Shown here one piece after another: positions 39,129 to 48,389 of a stretch of 51,364 nucleotides of DNA (positions within the stretch are counted from its first letter, which is position 1; every line of letters starts with the position of its first letter). The notes under the pieces were generated by a model. It ran no database searches. It saw nothing but the letters and a program-made list of their open reading frames with translations, and had not been told where the DNA came from. The position numbers and the translations under genes were made by a program. The stretch lies in sequence record SRR20825006_666; one strand, written 5' to 3'.

Positions 39129-40343
39129 ATGACCGAAACGGCAAATAATATTCGCAGACTTAATAAATGTAATGTTTTTGAAGTGATTGCTCATGAAGGG
39201 CCAATCTCTCGCGCTGCTATTGCAAAGCGCTTGGGCCTTTCCAAACAGACCTTATCCGAAGTCGCAAAAGAGCTGGAATCCGAAGGTTGGGTGCAGCAAG
39301 TGGGGCTTGAGCGCGGCAATGTAGGCCGCGCGGCTATGAATTTTGAGGTGGTGCCTGACGCGGCCTTTGTGGCTGCTGTGGATTTGGGCGGCACCAAGGT
39401 AAAAGTCGCCATTGCAAATCTGGCGTGCCAGATTTTTGGCGAGGCTACCGAGAAGACCAATCCGAAAGGTGGCGGTGCTGTCGTTGACCAAATTGCGCGC
39501 CTGTGTCGCGAGATGATGGACCAGCATGGATTGCAGCAAGATCGGTTGCGTTTGGCTGTGGTTGGTGTGCCTGGCGTGCCGGATCATGAAAGCGGCGCCG
39601 TGCATATGGCGCCCAACATTCCGCAATTGGATGAGATAGATTTTGCTGGCGAGTTGTCTAAGGCGCTCGGCTTTGATGTGGTTATCGAAAACGATGTGAA
39701 CCTCGCGGTCTTGGGCGAGCATTGGGGCGGTGTGGCGCAACATGTGGACGATTTGGCCTATGTGGCGCTCGGCACGGGTATTGGTGCGGGCATCATCGTC
39801 AATGGCGAATTGGTGCGCGGCAAAAATGGCGGTGCGGGCGAGTTGGGCTATTTGCCGTTCGGTGCGGATCCGTTTGAAGATGCATCATTGCGCCAAGGGG
39901 CGCTGGAACGCGTGACAGCGACAGACGCCATGCGCGACTATTACTTTGAGTTGACGGGCGAAAAGATCGAAGTGCCTGAGATTTTTGATCGGCTTGATCA
40001 GGATGATCATGCGCAAAAAGTATTGGATCGCACAGCGCGCGAAACTGCGCGGGCGGTGGCCGCCATCAGCGCATTGATCGATCCGGAGCAGATTGTCTTT
40101 GGCGGTTCGATTGGTCGCCGGGAAGAATTGTTCTCGCGCATCAAGGCGCAATTTGGTCTGATTACGCGGTCTCCAGTTGAACTTTATATCAGTGACTTGG
40201 GTGGCAAAGCTGCCCTAATTGGCGCAGCCTCCCTGGGCCTAAGCCATGTGCACGCTACCCTTTTGGCGGGTGGCGTGCCGGGCGCCGAAATCACGCTGCC
40301 CCCTGCCAAACTTGCAAAGTTGGGAGTTGTCTCCAATGGCTAA
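39129..40343 (+). CDS. ROK family transcriptional repressor
   Basis: N-terminal HTH ISRAAIAKRLGLSKQTLSE, VDLGGT, ENDVN, GTGIGAG, GAGELG. Confidence 0.93.
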   Translation: MTETANNIRRLNKCNVFEVIAHEGPISRAAIAKRLGLSKQTLSEVAKELESEGWVQQVGLERGNVGRAAMNFEVVPDAAFVAAVDLGGTKVKVAIANLACQIFGEATEKTNPKGGGAVVDQIARLCREMMDQHGLQQDRLRLAVVGVPGVPDHESGAVHMAPNIPQLDEIDFAGELSKALGFDVVIENDVNLAVLGEHWGGVAQHVDDLAYVALGTGIGAGIIVNGELVRGKNGGAGELGYLPFGADPFEDASLRQGALERVTATDAMRDYYFELTGEKIEVPEIFDRLDQDDHAQKVLDRTARETARAVAAISALIDPEQIVFGGSIGRREELFSRIKAQFGLITRSPVELYISDLGGKAALIGAASLGLSHVHATLLAGGVPGAEITLPPAKLAKLGVVSNG

Positions 40344-41583
40344 ATCCGTGCCAGATTTCCGCTCATTCCTTGATGAAACACTCGCTATTGAGCTGCTGCG
40401 TGGCGCTGTCGCCCGCGAGAGCATCACGGGCAATGAGGCGAACTTTGTTGGCTATTTGGATGAGCAAATGTCGGCGCGGAAGCTGGCGCCTGTTTGGGAA
40501 GAGTTTTTGCTCGGTCGTCCCAATATTTTTGGCAAGCGCGCAGGCAGCGGTGGCGGACAAAATCTATTGTTTATCGGCCATACCGATACGGTGCATGTGG
40601 ATGGCTGGCGCGCGCATTGGCAAGGCGATCAGCGCGAAGACCCGTTTGGTGGCGCTATTATCGATGGTGAGATTTGGGGCCGTGGCACGGGCGATTTGAA
40701 GGCAGGGATTTGCACCAGCTTGGCGGCCCTGGACTTGATTGATAAGGCGGGCATCAAGCTGAAAGGCGATGTGAGTTTTGCCTTTATTGGTGATGAGGAA
40801 AGCGGTGAGGAAGGCACGGGCATCAGCGCGGGCATTGACCATCTCACCACCTCACAAAAGTTTTTGGATGCACATAAACCAGATTTCGCCGTGTATGTAG
40901 AGCCAACCCAATTGCAGGTGTTTCCTGCGCAAATGGGCTTTTTCATTGCTGATATCAGTATTAAGGGCAAAACCGCCTACTTTGGCGTGCCTGAGCAAGG
41001 CATTGATGCGCTGAAAGCCAGCCATCAGGTGATGCAGGAAATTTGGACCCTTTCAGAGCAGATGGGCAAAGCGGCCAATCATGATTTGGTGGGCGAAGCC
41101 TTTATTCTGATCACCAAAATTGAAGGCGGCGGCTATATTGCAGTGCCCGGCGACTGCAAATTGTCGCTGATCTGCAAAGTGCTGCCGGGGCAAAGCCTAG
41201 ATGAGGCCGTGACCGCCTTGGAAGCTGCCATTGGCCGCGGCATTACAGACACTGGTTGCAGCTTTGAGATTTCATATCCCGCTGGTCGGGATCACAAGTT
41301 CGGTGGCTCCCCCACTGATATTGACCGTTCAAACCCCGCAATTGATCAATTGTCTCAGGCGCTAGACAGCGCCATGCCAGATCGGGGCGTCATCAATGGC
41401 GCACCCTACTGGTCTGAGGCACCGTTTTTGATCGATCGGTTGGGGTGCCCGACGGTTTATTGCGCGCCAGGCAATATTGCGAACTGCCACACTTTAGAAG
41501 AGCGCGTTTCAATCAATGAATATTTGGCCGGCATAACGGCCTTCGCAGAATTCATCGCACACTATTGTGGCGTGGATGAATAA
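40336..41583 (+). CDS. M20 family metallo-amidohydrolase (ArgE/DapE-like deacylase)
   Basis: GHTDTV, GRGTGDLK, GDEE, VEPT, CHTLEE; complete dimetal ligand set. Confidence 0.92.
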   Translation: MAKSVPDFRSFLDETLAIELLRGAVARESITGNEANFVGYLDEQMSARKLAPVWEEFLLGRPNIFGKRAGSGGGQNLLFIGHTDTVHVDGWRAHWQGDQREDPFGGAIIDGEIWGRGTGDLKAGICTSLAALDLIDKAGIKLKGDVSFAFIGDEESGEEGTGISAGIDHLTTSQKFLDAHKPDFAVYVEPTQLQVFPAQMGFFIADISIKGKTAYFGVPEQGIDALKASHQVMQEIWTLSEQMGKAANHDLVGEAFILITKIEGGGYIAVPGDCKLSLICKVLPGQSLDEAVTALEAAIGRGITDTGCSFEISYPAGRDHKFGGSPTDIDRSNPAIDQLSQALDSAMPDRGVINGAPYWSEAPFLIDRLGCPTVYCAPGNIANCHTLEERVSINEYLAGITAFAEFIAHYCGVDE

Positions 41584-41603
41584 TTTATGGAGGAAGGAAA
41601 CCC

Positions 41604-42653
41604 ATGAAAAACCTAACAAAAATGATGGCAGGTGGCTTGGCCGCTTTGCTGATGGCCAGTGGCGCTTTTGCACAAACCATTGGCCCAAATGGTGAAACAG
41701 CAACCCCTTCAACAGAGGTTGTGGTTGCTGATGGTGATGTTGAAGCGCTGAAAAGTGGTGGCTATTCTGCCGCGCTTGTTTGGCACGATCAGTCTGATTT
41801 TGTGAACGCAGTTACACAAGGTGCGACGGATGAATTCACTCGTTTGGGCATTGAAGTTGTGGCGACAACCAATGCGAGTTTCGATACGGCTAAACAGCGT
41901 TCAGACATTGAAACTGTGTTGACCAAAGAGCCAAACATTGTACTGGCTTTGCCGCTTGATCCAGTTGCTTCGGCCGCTGCATTTAAAGAGGCTGTTGATA
42001 ATGACGTTCAGCTTGTTTTCTTGTCCAACGTGCCTAACGGGTACAAGCATGGTGAACATTATGCTTCCATTGTGACCGATGATTTGTATGCCATGGGCAA
42101 GCAAGCGGCTGATGCTTTGGCGGCTGACCTTGGTGAAACGGGCAAAGTAGGCTGGATCTATCATGATGCGACCTATTATGTGACCAACCAGCGCGACAAC
42201 GCGTTCAAAACCACCATTGAAAACGATTATCCAAACATGGAAATTGTGGCACAGGCTGGCATTTCCGATCCTGCGCGGGCGGAAGATATCGCCAACGCCA
42301 TGTTGCTGAAGCATCCTGATTTGGCTGGTGTTTATGTCACTTGGGCGGGCCCTGCTGAAGGTGTTTTGTCTGCCTTGCGTGCCAATGGCAACAAAACCAC
42401 CAAAGTGGTGACGCTTGATCTTTCTGAGCCGATTGCACTCGACATGGTACGTGGTGGCAATGTGTCTGCCATCGTTGCAGACGAAGCTTATGAGCTTGGT
42501 CGCGCCATGGCCGCATCTGCTGCACGCGGTTTGTTGGGTCAAGAAAGCCCAGCCTTTGTGGTCGCCCCAGCGGTGACTGTGACAGCCGACAATGTGTCAG
42601 AAGGTTGGATGCAATCATTGCATCGCGATGCGCCTGAAAGCGTGACGAAATAA
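41604..42653 (+). CDS. Sugar-type ABC transporter periplasmic binding protein (RbsB fold)
   Basis: Signal peptide AFA|Q, Peripla_BP_4 features, TNQRDNAF; GGAGG RBS. Confidence 0.9.
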   Translation: MKNLTKMMAGGLAALLMASGAFAQTIGPNGETATPSTEVVVADGDVEALKSGGYSAALVWHDQSDFVNAVTQGATDEFTRLGIEVVATTNASFDTAKQRSDIETVLTKEPNIVLALPLDPVASAAAFKEAVDNDVQLVFLSNVPNGYKHGEHYASIVTDDLYAMGKQAADALAADLGETGKVGWIYHDATYYVTNQRDNAFKTTIENDYPNMEIVAQAGISDPARAEDIANAMLLKHPDLAGVYVTWAGPAEGVLSALRANGNKTTKVVTLDLSEPIALDMVRGGNVSAIVADEAYELGRAMAASAARGLLGQESPAFVVAPAVTVTADNVSEGWMQSLHRDAPESVTK

Positions 42654-42662
42654 CCAAACTTT

Positions 42663-42724
42663 GTGTCGCGCCTTATGGGCGCGGCACGCTTCTAGCTTGT
42701 CGATGCGGGGAGGGACCGCGCATC
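42663..42724 (+). other. Intercistronic hairpins after the binding-protein gene (mRNA stabiliser or attenuator)
   Basis: GTGTCGCGCC ... GGCGCGGCAC stem and a second GATGCG ... CGCATC stem. Confidence 0.55.
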
Positions 42725-42740
42725 CAGCGAAACGGATTTT

Positions 42741-43697
42741 ATGATGCAATCGACCATGCAAAAATTACGACAGCTCAATCTATCGCAGTATGTCGTTTAT
42801 ATCGGCTTTTTGCTGATCTTTCTCTTCTTTGCGGTCACGTTGGGGAACGATGGATTTCTGACCCAGCGCAACTTGACCAATATTGTTTTGCAAACCGCGC
42901 CCATCACCATCATGGCTATTGGTTTGGTGTTTGTGTTGGCGGCGGGTGAAATTGACCTGTCCTTTGGCTCAATCGTGGCCGTCGCGGCGCTTGGTAGTGC
43001 CGTTGTGTTGGGCGACTATCCGCTGTTTGTCGGCGTTTTAGCCGGCCTTGGTATCGGTTTGGCGATCGGCTTTTTTAACGGCGTGCTGGTGGCTTATTTG
43101 CGTTTGCCATCATTCCTCGTGACCTTGGCGACCATGGGGCTCTTTGCTGGTGTCGCTCGCTCTATGACTGATCTGCGCTCTGTGCCGGTGCTGAATGAGA
43201 GCTTCGTTAATATGTTTGGCTCGGGCTCTTTATTCGGTGTGCCTTCATTGGTGTTGTGGACCATTGGTGCGGTGGCACTCGGGCACTTTGTGTTCCGCGA
43301 AACCAAGTTTGGTGCCCATGTGCTGGCCACGGGGGACAATGCCCGCGCCGCGCAAGTGACAGGCATTAAGGTGCCGCATGTGCGCTTGCTGGTGATGATG
43401 ATTTGTGGCGGCCTCGCGGGCTTGGCCGGGCTGCTTTATGCCGGGCGGTTGCAAGCGGCGCGCTATACGCTGGGCGAAAGTGATTTGATGACCGTGATTG
43501 CCGCGGTGATCATTGGCGGCACGGCCCTTAAGGGCGGTAAAGGCACCATTGTCGGGGCACTGGTTGGCTCTTTGATGATGGGCATGTTGAACAATGGCCT
43601 GATTTTGATGGGCCTTTCCGTATCTGACCAAATGATTGTCAGAGGCGTGATTATTTTGATCGCGGTGGCGATTTCGCTGCGCGACGTGAACAATTGA
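42741..43697 (+). CDS. Sugar ABC transporter permease (RbsC/BPD_transp_2)
   Basis: GEIDLSFGS, LPSFLVTLA, GDNARAAQVTGI, IAAVIIGGT. Confidence 0.93.
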   Translation: MMQSTMQKLRQLNLSQYVVYIGFLLIFLFFAVTLGNDGFLTQRNLTNIVLQTAPITIMAIGLVFVLAAGEIDLSFGSIVAVAALGSAVVLGDYPLFVGVLAGLGIGLAIGFFNGVLVAYLRLPSFLVTLATMGLFAGVARSMTDLRSVPVLNESFVNMFGSGSLFGVPSLVLWTIGAVALGHFVFRETKFGAHVLATGDNARAAQVTGIKVPHVRLLVMMICGGLAGLAGLLYAGRLQAARYTLGESDLMTVIAAVIIGGTALKGGKGTIVGALVGSLMMGMLNNGLILMGLSVSDQMIVRGVIILIAVAISLRDVNN

Positions 43698-43705
43698 GGT
43701 AAGCC

Positions 43706-44911
43706 ATGTTTTTAGATCTTTTGCGGCGACGTAACCCCAAATTTATCGAAGTGGCCATGGCGTTGCATCAAGAGGGAAAAATCCCCGCCAACGCCTATGT
43801 GTTGGATTTGGATGCGGTGGAGCACAATGCCAAAATCTTGCGCGCTGAAGGCGACAAGCTGGGCATGAAAGTCTTTGCGATGACCAAGCAGGTTGGGCGC
43901 AATTCGGCCTTTTGCCAAGCGTCCATGCGCGGTGGTGTCAATCAAGCTGTGGCGGTGGATGTTGCCTGCGCGGTGGCCTGCAAACGGGCTGGCATGGATA
44001 TTGGCCATATCGGCCATTTGGTGCAGGTGCCTAAATTTGAAGCGGATATGGTGGCCAGTTATTTGCAGCCGCAATATTGGACCGTGTTCAGCCTTGAAAA
44101 GGCACAAGAAGCAGCGGCAGCGGCCCATAAGGCGGGGCGGCAGCAAGATATTTTGGTGCGGATTAAATCCGATGGCGATGTGTTTTACAAAGGTCATGAA
44201 GGTGGCATCAAGGCGAGCGGCATCGTTGAGTTTGCCCACAAGGTGGACGCAATGGATGGTGCACGCTTTGCCGGGATTACGACATTCCCAGCACTCCTGT
44301 TCGATCAAGACACGCACGAAGTGCAGCCTACGCCAAACTTGACCACGCTAGAAAATGCAGCGGCGGCCTTGATTGATGCGGGGTTCACCGACATTGAAAT
44401 CAATGCGCCGGGCACCACGTCTTCAGTTGTGTTGGAGGCGTTGGCCAAAGCAGGTGCAACGCAATGCGAGCCGGGCAATGGCTTGCACGGCACCACGCCA
44501 CTACATGCGATCAAAGATTTGCCGGAACTGCCAGCCGTGCTCTATCTCAGCGAGGTGTCGCACCTGCATGAAGACAAAGCTTATTGCTTTGGCGGCGGGC
44601 TTTATATTGATCCGGTGTTTCCTGATTATGATGTGAAGGCCTTGGTTGGCGGCGCGCCAACGGTGGAAGAAAAGGCGCTTGCCAGCGTCGATATTCCGCC
44701 TACCAGCGCGATCGATTATTACGGCATGATTGATTGCACAGGCAGCGTTCAGCCCAAGTCAGGCGACAGCGTTGTGTTCGGCTTCCGCGGGCAGGCTTTT
44801 GTGAAGCGGGCTTATACGGTTGGCGTCTCTGGCATTTCAACTGGCAACCCAAAGGTCGAGACCATTGAGAATATCTTTGGTCAGGCCGAAAACTGGCCAA
44901 ATCTGAGGTAG
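43706..44911 (+). CDS. YhfX-like fold-type III PLP-dependent enzyme (alanine racemase N-terminal barrel)
   Basis: YVLDLD, PLP Lys in FAMTKQVGRN, GHLVQVP, GITTFP, INAPGTTS, EPGNGLHGTTP, EVSH, FGGGLY, IDYY, FRGQAF. Confidence 0.88.
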   Translation: MFLDLLRRRNPKFIEVAMALHQEGKIPANAYVLDLDAVEHNAKILRAEGDKLGMKVFAMTKQVGRNSAFCQASMRGGVNQAVAVDVACAVACKRAGMDIGHIGHLVQVPKFEADMVASYLQPQYWTVFSLEKAQEAAAAAHKAGRQQDILVRIKSDGDVFYKGHEGGIKASGIVEFAHKVDAMDGARFAGITTFPALLFDQDTHEVQPTPNLTTLENAAAALIDAGFTDIEINAPGTTSSVVLEALAKAGATQCEPGNGLHGTTPLHAIKDLPELPAVLYLSEVSHLHEDKAYCFGGGLYIDPVFPDYDVKALVGGAPTVEEKALASVDIPPTSAIDYYGMIDCTGSVQPKSGDSVVFGFRGQAFVKRAYTVGVSGISTGNPKVETIENIFGQAENWPNLR

Positions 44912-44915
44912 CATG

Positions 44916-45665
44916 ATGGATATTTCAAACAATCAAGCTGCTGATGTGTTGCAGCTCACCAACATCCACAAAGCCTTTGGCGGCGTGGTGGCGATTGAGG
45001 ATTTTTCGCTCAATCTCAAGGCTGGCGAAATTGTTGCCCTAGTGGGTGACAATGGGGCGGGTAAATCGACGCTGATCAAAATCATTTCCGGCGTACATGC
45101 GCCCACCTCGGGCACCATCGCCATTGATGGCAAGGAAACCAGTTTTAAAGATGCTACTGAGGCGCGTGCGTCTGGCATTGAGGTGGTCTATCAGGATTTG
45201 GCGCTGGCGGACGAGCAAGCGGTTTATATGAATATGTTTTTGGGGCGCGAGAAAACCAAGGGGCCGTTTGGCCAATTGGACCGCAAAGGCATGGTGCAGG
45301 AAACCGAAGATTTGGTGAAAGAACTGGATGTGCGCATCCCGTCTGCCAAAACCACGATCCGCAATTTGTCAGGCGGCCAGCGGCAGGGTGTTGCCATTGC
45401 GCGCGCCACCCATTGGGCGACCAAGCTGGTTTTGCTGGACGAGCCAACCGCGGCGCTGGGCGTGGCAGAAACAGCCAAGGTAGAAGAGAACGTCGCGGCC
45501 TTGAAAGAGCGCAATTTGGCGGTGTTGATCATCAGCCACAGCCTTGATCAAGTGTTCCGCTTGTCTGATAGAATTTGTGTTTTGCGGCGCGGTCAACAGA
45601 TTGGTGTGCGCGAAACGGCGAAGACGGATAAGAACGAAATTGTCTCGATGATCACCGGAGTCTAG
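44916..45665 (+). CDS. Sugar ABC transporter ATP-binding protein (single domain)
   Basis: GDNGAGKS, VYQDLAL, LSGGQRQ, LLDEPTAALG. Confidence 0.93.
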   Translation: MDISNNQAADVLQLTNIHKAFGGVVAIEDFSLNLKAGEIVALVGDNGAGKSTLIKIISGVHAPTSGTIAIDGKETSFKDATEARASGIEVVYQDLALADEQAVYMNMFLGREKTKGPFGQLDRKGMVQETEDLVKELDVRIPSAKTTIRNLSGGQRQGVAIARATHWATKLVLLDEPTAALGVAETAKVEENVAALKERNLAVLIISHSLDQVFRLSDRICVLRRGQQIGVRETAKTDKNEIVSMITGV

Positions 45666-45705
45666 GTCCCTAACCCACGCCAATTTACCCACGATCATCG
45701 AGCAT

Positions 45706-45742
45706 AAAGCCGCGCTGTGTTGTCGTCATAGCGCGGTTTTTT
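45706..45742. terminator. Bidirectional terminator between convergent ABC operons
   Basis: AAAGCCGCGCTGTG ... CATAGCGCGGTTTTTT. Confidence 0.75.
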
Positions 45743-46493
45743 ACACCTGCACGTAGGGCCGATCGTCCAAAATATGCACTTTGGCGTCTGTGCCATAAAT
45801 GCGGTGCAAAAAGGCACTGTCCACCACATCGAGCGGGGTGCCTTCTTGGTCAATTTTTCCATCCGCCAACGCCACCACATTGTCGGCATAGCCGCTGGCA
45901 TAATTGATGTCGTGCAACACGATGACAATGGTGCGCCCATGGTGCTCACAGAGCTCGCGCAGAACGCGCATGAGTGAGCGAGACGCGGCAATATCCATAT
46001 TGTTGAGCGGTTCATCCAGTAGCATATATTCTGTGTCTTGCGCATAGGTCATGGCCACATAAGCGCGCTGCCGTTGCCCGCCGGACAGTGTGTCCAATTG
46101 GCGATCAGCCAACTCGTTCAAATCCAGCACCATCAGGGCTTCATCCACCTTGTCCCAATCCTGCTTTTGCATCCGGCCTTTGGCGTGGGGATAACGACCA
46201 AAACTCACCAGCTCGCGCACGGTGAGGCGCGGTTCTAATTGTATCGACTGAGGTAGTATGGAAAGTTTGCGCGCTAAAGCATCGTTGGGTGTTTTGCCAA
46301 CGCTCATATTATCGATCAAGATTTGACCGTCTTGCAATTTCAGCAGCCGGGCGATCAGTGAAAGCAATGTGGATTTGCCCGCGCCATTGGCTCCTACCAG
46401 CGCGGTTACCTTGCCTTTGGGGATGGTCAAATTCAAATCATCCAAGATGGTATGTTGCCCCAATTGATGAGTGAGGTTTCGCACAGAAATCAT
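45741..46493 (-). CDS. Iron-siderophore ABC transporter ATPase (CeuD/FatE/YclP-like)
   Basis: GANGAGKS, FGRYPH, LSGGQRQRA, LDEPLNN, LHDINYAS. Confidence 0.93.
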   Translation of the reverse strand: MISVRNLTHQLGQHTILDDLNLTIPKGKVTALVGANGAGKSTLLSLIARLLKLQDGQILIDNMSVGKTPNDALARKLSILPQSIQLEPRLTVRELVSFGRYPHAKGRMQKQDWDKVDEALMVLDLNELADRQLDTLSGGQRQRAYVAMTYAQDTEYMLLDEPLNNMDIAASRSLMRVLRELCEHHGRTIVIVLHDINYASGYADNVVALADGKIDQEGTPLDVVDSAFLHRIYGTDAKVHILDDRPYVQV

Positions 46494-47434
46494 TTTTTCA
46501 ACCTTTGCAATAAAAGTAGCAAAAAGACGAGACCGCCGACAAAGTCGATCACGACAGCGAGTGGTGTACTAAGGCTCAACATCCGTTCCATAATGGTTTG
46601 TCCGCCCACCAGAATGATGCAGGAGATAAGGCCCGAGCTGAGCAACAACGTGGAGTGATAAGGGCTTGGCGTGAGTAAGTGGGCGATGCTGACGACAAGC
46701 AATCCTAAGAAGGCCACTGGGCCGACGAGTGCTGTGGACACTGACACCAAAATGGCGATCACCGCTAGCGCGAGTAGTTGTACGGCCCGGACATTCTCGC
46801 CCAGATTTACTGCTACATCATAGCCCAACGAGATTACGTCTAGCCGATGGCGGATGGTCCACGCAAAGATCAGACAAGCGATGATGATGGCTACGCCGAT
46901 ATAGAGCAGCTCCGTGTCGAAGTTATTGAAGCTGGCGTAAGATGCGATTTGAATATGGGCATATTCGTTTGGATCGATCATGCGGGTGGCAAAGCTGGTG
47001 AGTGAGCGGAAGAGCGTGCCCAAGATCACCCCCGTCAAAATCATCCGCGTCAGATCGCGGCCATGTTCGAAAATCAACGTGCCGAACAGCAGGAACGAGG
47101 CAAACAGCAAGATTAAAGTGTTGAGAGCGAATAGCCCGTATGTGCCGATGGACAACATGCCTTGGCCGCCAAAAAAGAACACCATCATGGTGATGATCAG
47201 CACATAAAGCGCATCAAATCCCATAATAGATGGCGTGAGGATGCGGTTTTGCGCGATGGTTTGAAACAGCAGGGTGGAGGACGAGACTGCAACGCCTACC
47301 GCGATGATTGCCAGCAATTTTGTACCCCGAAATGCGAGCACAAAATCCCAATTTCCGCGCGAACCGATGGTCATGTAAAGCACCATCGAGAGAGCAAGCA
47401 GCAATGCGAGAAGGCAAAGGCGTTTAACGGGCAT
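46490..47434 (-). CDS. Iron-siderophore ABC permease (CeuC/FatC-like, FecCD family)
   Basis: FQTIAQNRILTPSIMGFD, IDPNEY, LVGPVAFLGL. Confidence 0.92.
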   Translation of the reverse strand: MPVKRLCLLALLLALSMVLYMTIGSRGNWDFVLAFRGTKLLAIIAVGVAVSSSTLLFQTIAQNRILTPSIMGFDALYVLIITMMVFFFGGQGMLSIGTYGLFALNTLILLFASFLLFGTLIFEHGRDLTRMILTGVILGTLFRSLTSFATRMIDPNEYAHIQIASYASFNNFDTELLYIGVAIIIACLIFAWTIRHRLDVISLGYDVAVNLGENVRAVQLLALAVIAILVSVSTALVGPVAFLGLLVVSIAHLLTPSPYHSTLLLSSGLISCIILVGGQTIMERMLSLSTPLAVVIDFVGGLVFLLLLLQRLKK

Positions 47435-48383
47435 GTCGTTCTCGCCCATACAGAATCCACAAAAAGATCAATGCGCCGATAATGCCCATTATGGTGCCGA
47501 CCGGAATTTCAAATGGATAGCGCACCACACGCCCGATAATGTCGCAAATCAGCACGAGGCTTGCGCCGAAAAAGGCCGTGATCGGCAGGGTGAGCCGCGC
47601 ATTGTCACCATAGAGGCGGGACACAATGTTGGGGATCACCAATCCCACAAAGGGGATCATGCCGACGGTGACTACGGTCAGTGCCGTGACGATGGAAATG
47701 GTGATCAGGCCCAGCACCACCACTTGATTATAATTCAGCCCTAAGCTGATGGCTGTGGTACGCCCCATGCCAACAATAGCAAATTGATCTGCGATTAGAT
47801 AGGCGAGCAGCGCAACGATGGCGGCGATCCATAGGGTTTCGTACCGGCCTTGTAAAACGCCAGAAAATTCGCCTGTGGTCCAAATCTCAATATATTGCAG
47901 TAGGTCTGCCTGATAGGCGACAAAGGTGACCCCGGCACCGATGATGCCGCCATAGATCAGCCCTATCAGCGCAATGTAAAGCGGCTTGGTGGCGGGTAGT
48001 TTGATCACGATCAGCATTAGGCCAATGCTTGAGACCAAAGCCATGGTTGCGGCGATGCAAATCTGCACGATCAGCGAAGCGGATGGGAAATAGAGTATGG
48101 CGATTAAAATGCCCAGCATTGCGCCTTGGCCCGTGCCCGCTGTCATCGGTTCCACAAACCGATTGCGCACTAGCAGCTGGATAATGGTGCCGCAAACCGC
48201 AAGCGCGCTGCCGGTGATTAACACGGCCAAGGTGCGTGGCAATCGGCTAACGAGCAGCAATTCGAGCTCTTCGGGATTGAACAGATTATTCGGTTGAAGG
48301 TCGATCACCCCAACAAAAAGGGAAAGGGTGGCGATCACCAAAAGCACCAACAGGGCCATCAATGTTGTCGCCACCCGATTCAT
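47424..48383 (-). CDS. Iron-siderophore ABC permease (CeuB/FatD-like, FecCD family)
   Basis: SRLPRT, RNRFVEP, GEFSGVLQGRYE, IPFVGLVIPN, YPFEIPVG. Confidence 0.92.
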   Translation of the reverse strand: MNRVATTLMALLVLLVIATLSLFVGVIDLQPNNLFNPEELELLLVSRLPRTLAVLITGSALAVCGTIIQLLVRNRFVEPMTAGTGQGAMLGILIAILYFPSASLIVQICIAATMALVSSIGLMLIVIKLPATKPLYIALIGLIYGGIIGAGVTFVAYQADLLQYIEIWTTGEFSGVLQGRYETLWIAAIVALLAYLIADQFAIVGMGRTTAISLGLNYNQVVVLGLITISIVTALTVVTVGMIPFVGLVIPNIVSRLYGDNARLTLPITAFFGASLVLICDIIGRVVRYPFEIPVGTIMGIIGALIFLWILYGRERHAR

Positions 48384-48389
48384 TTGGAT

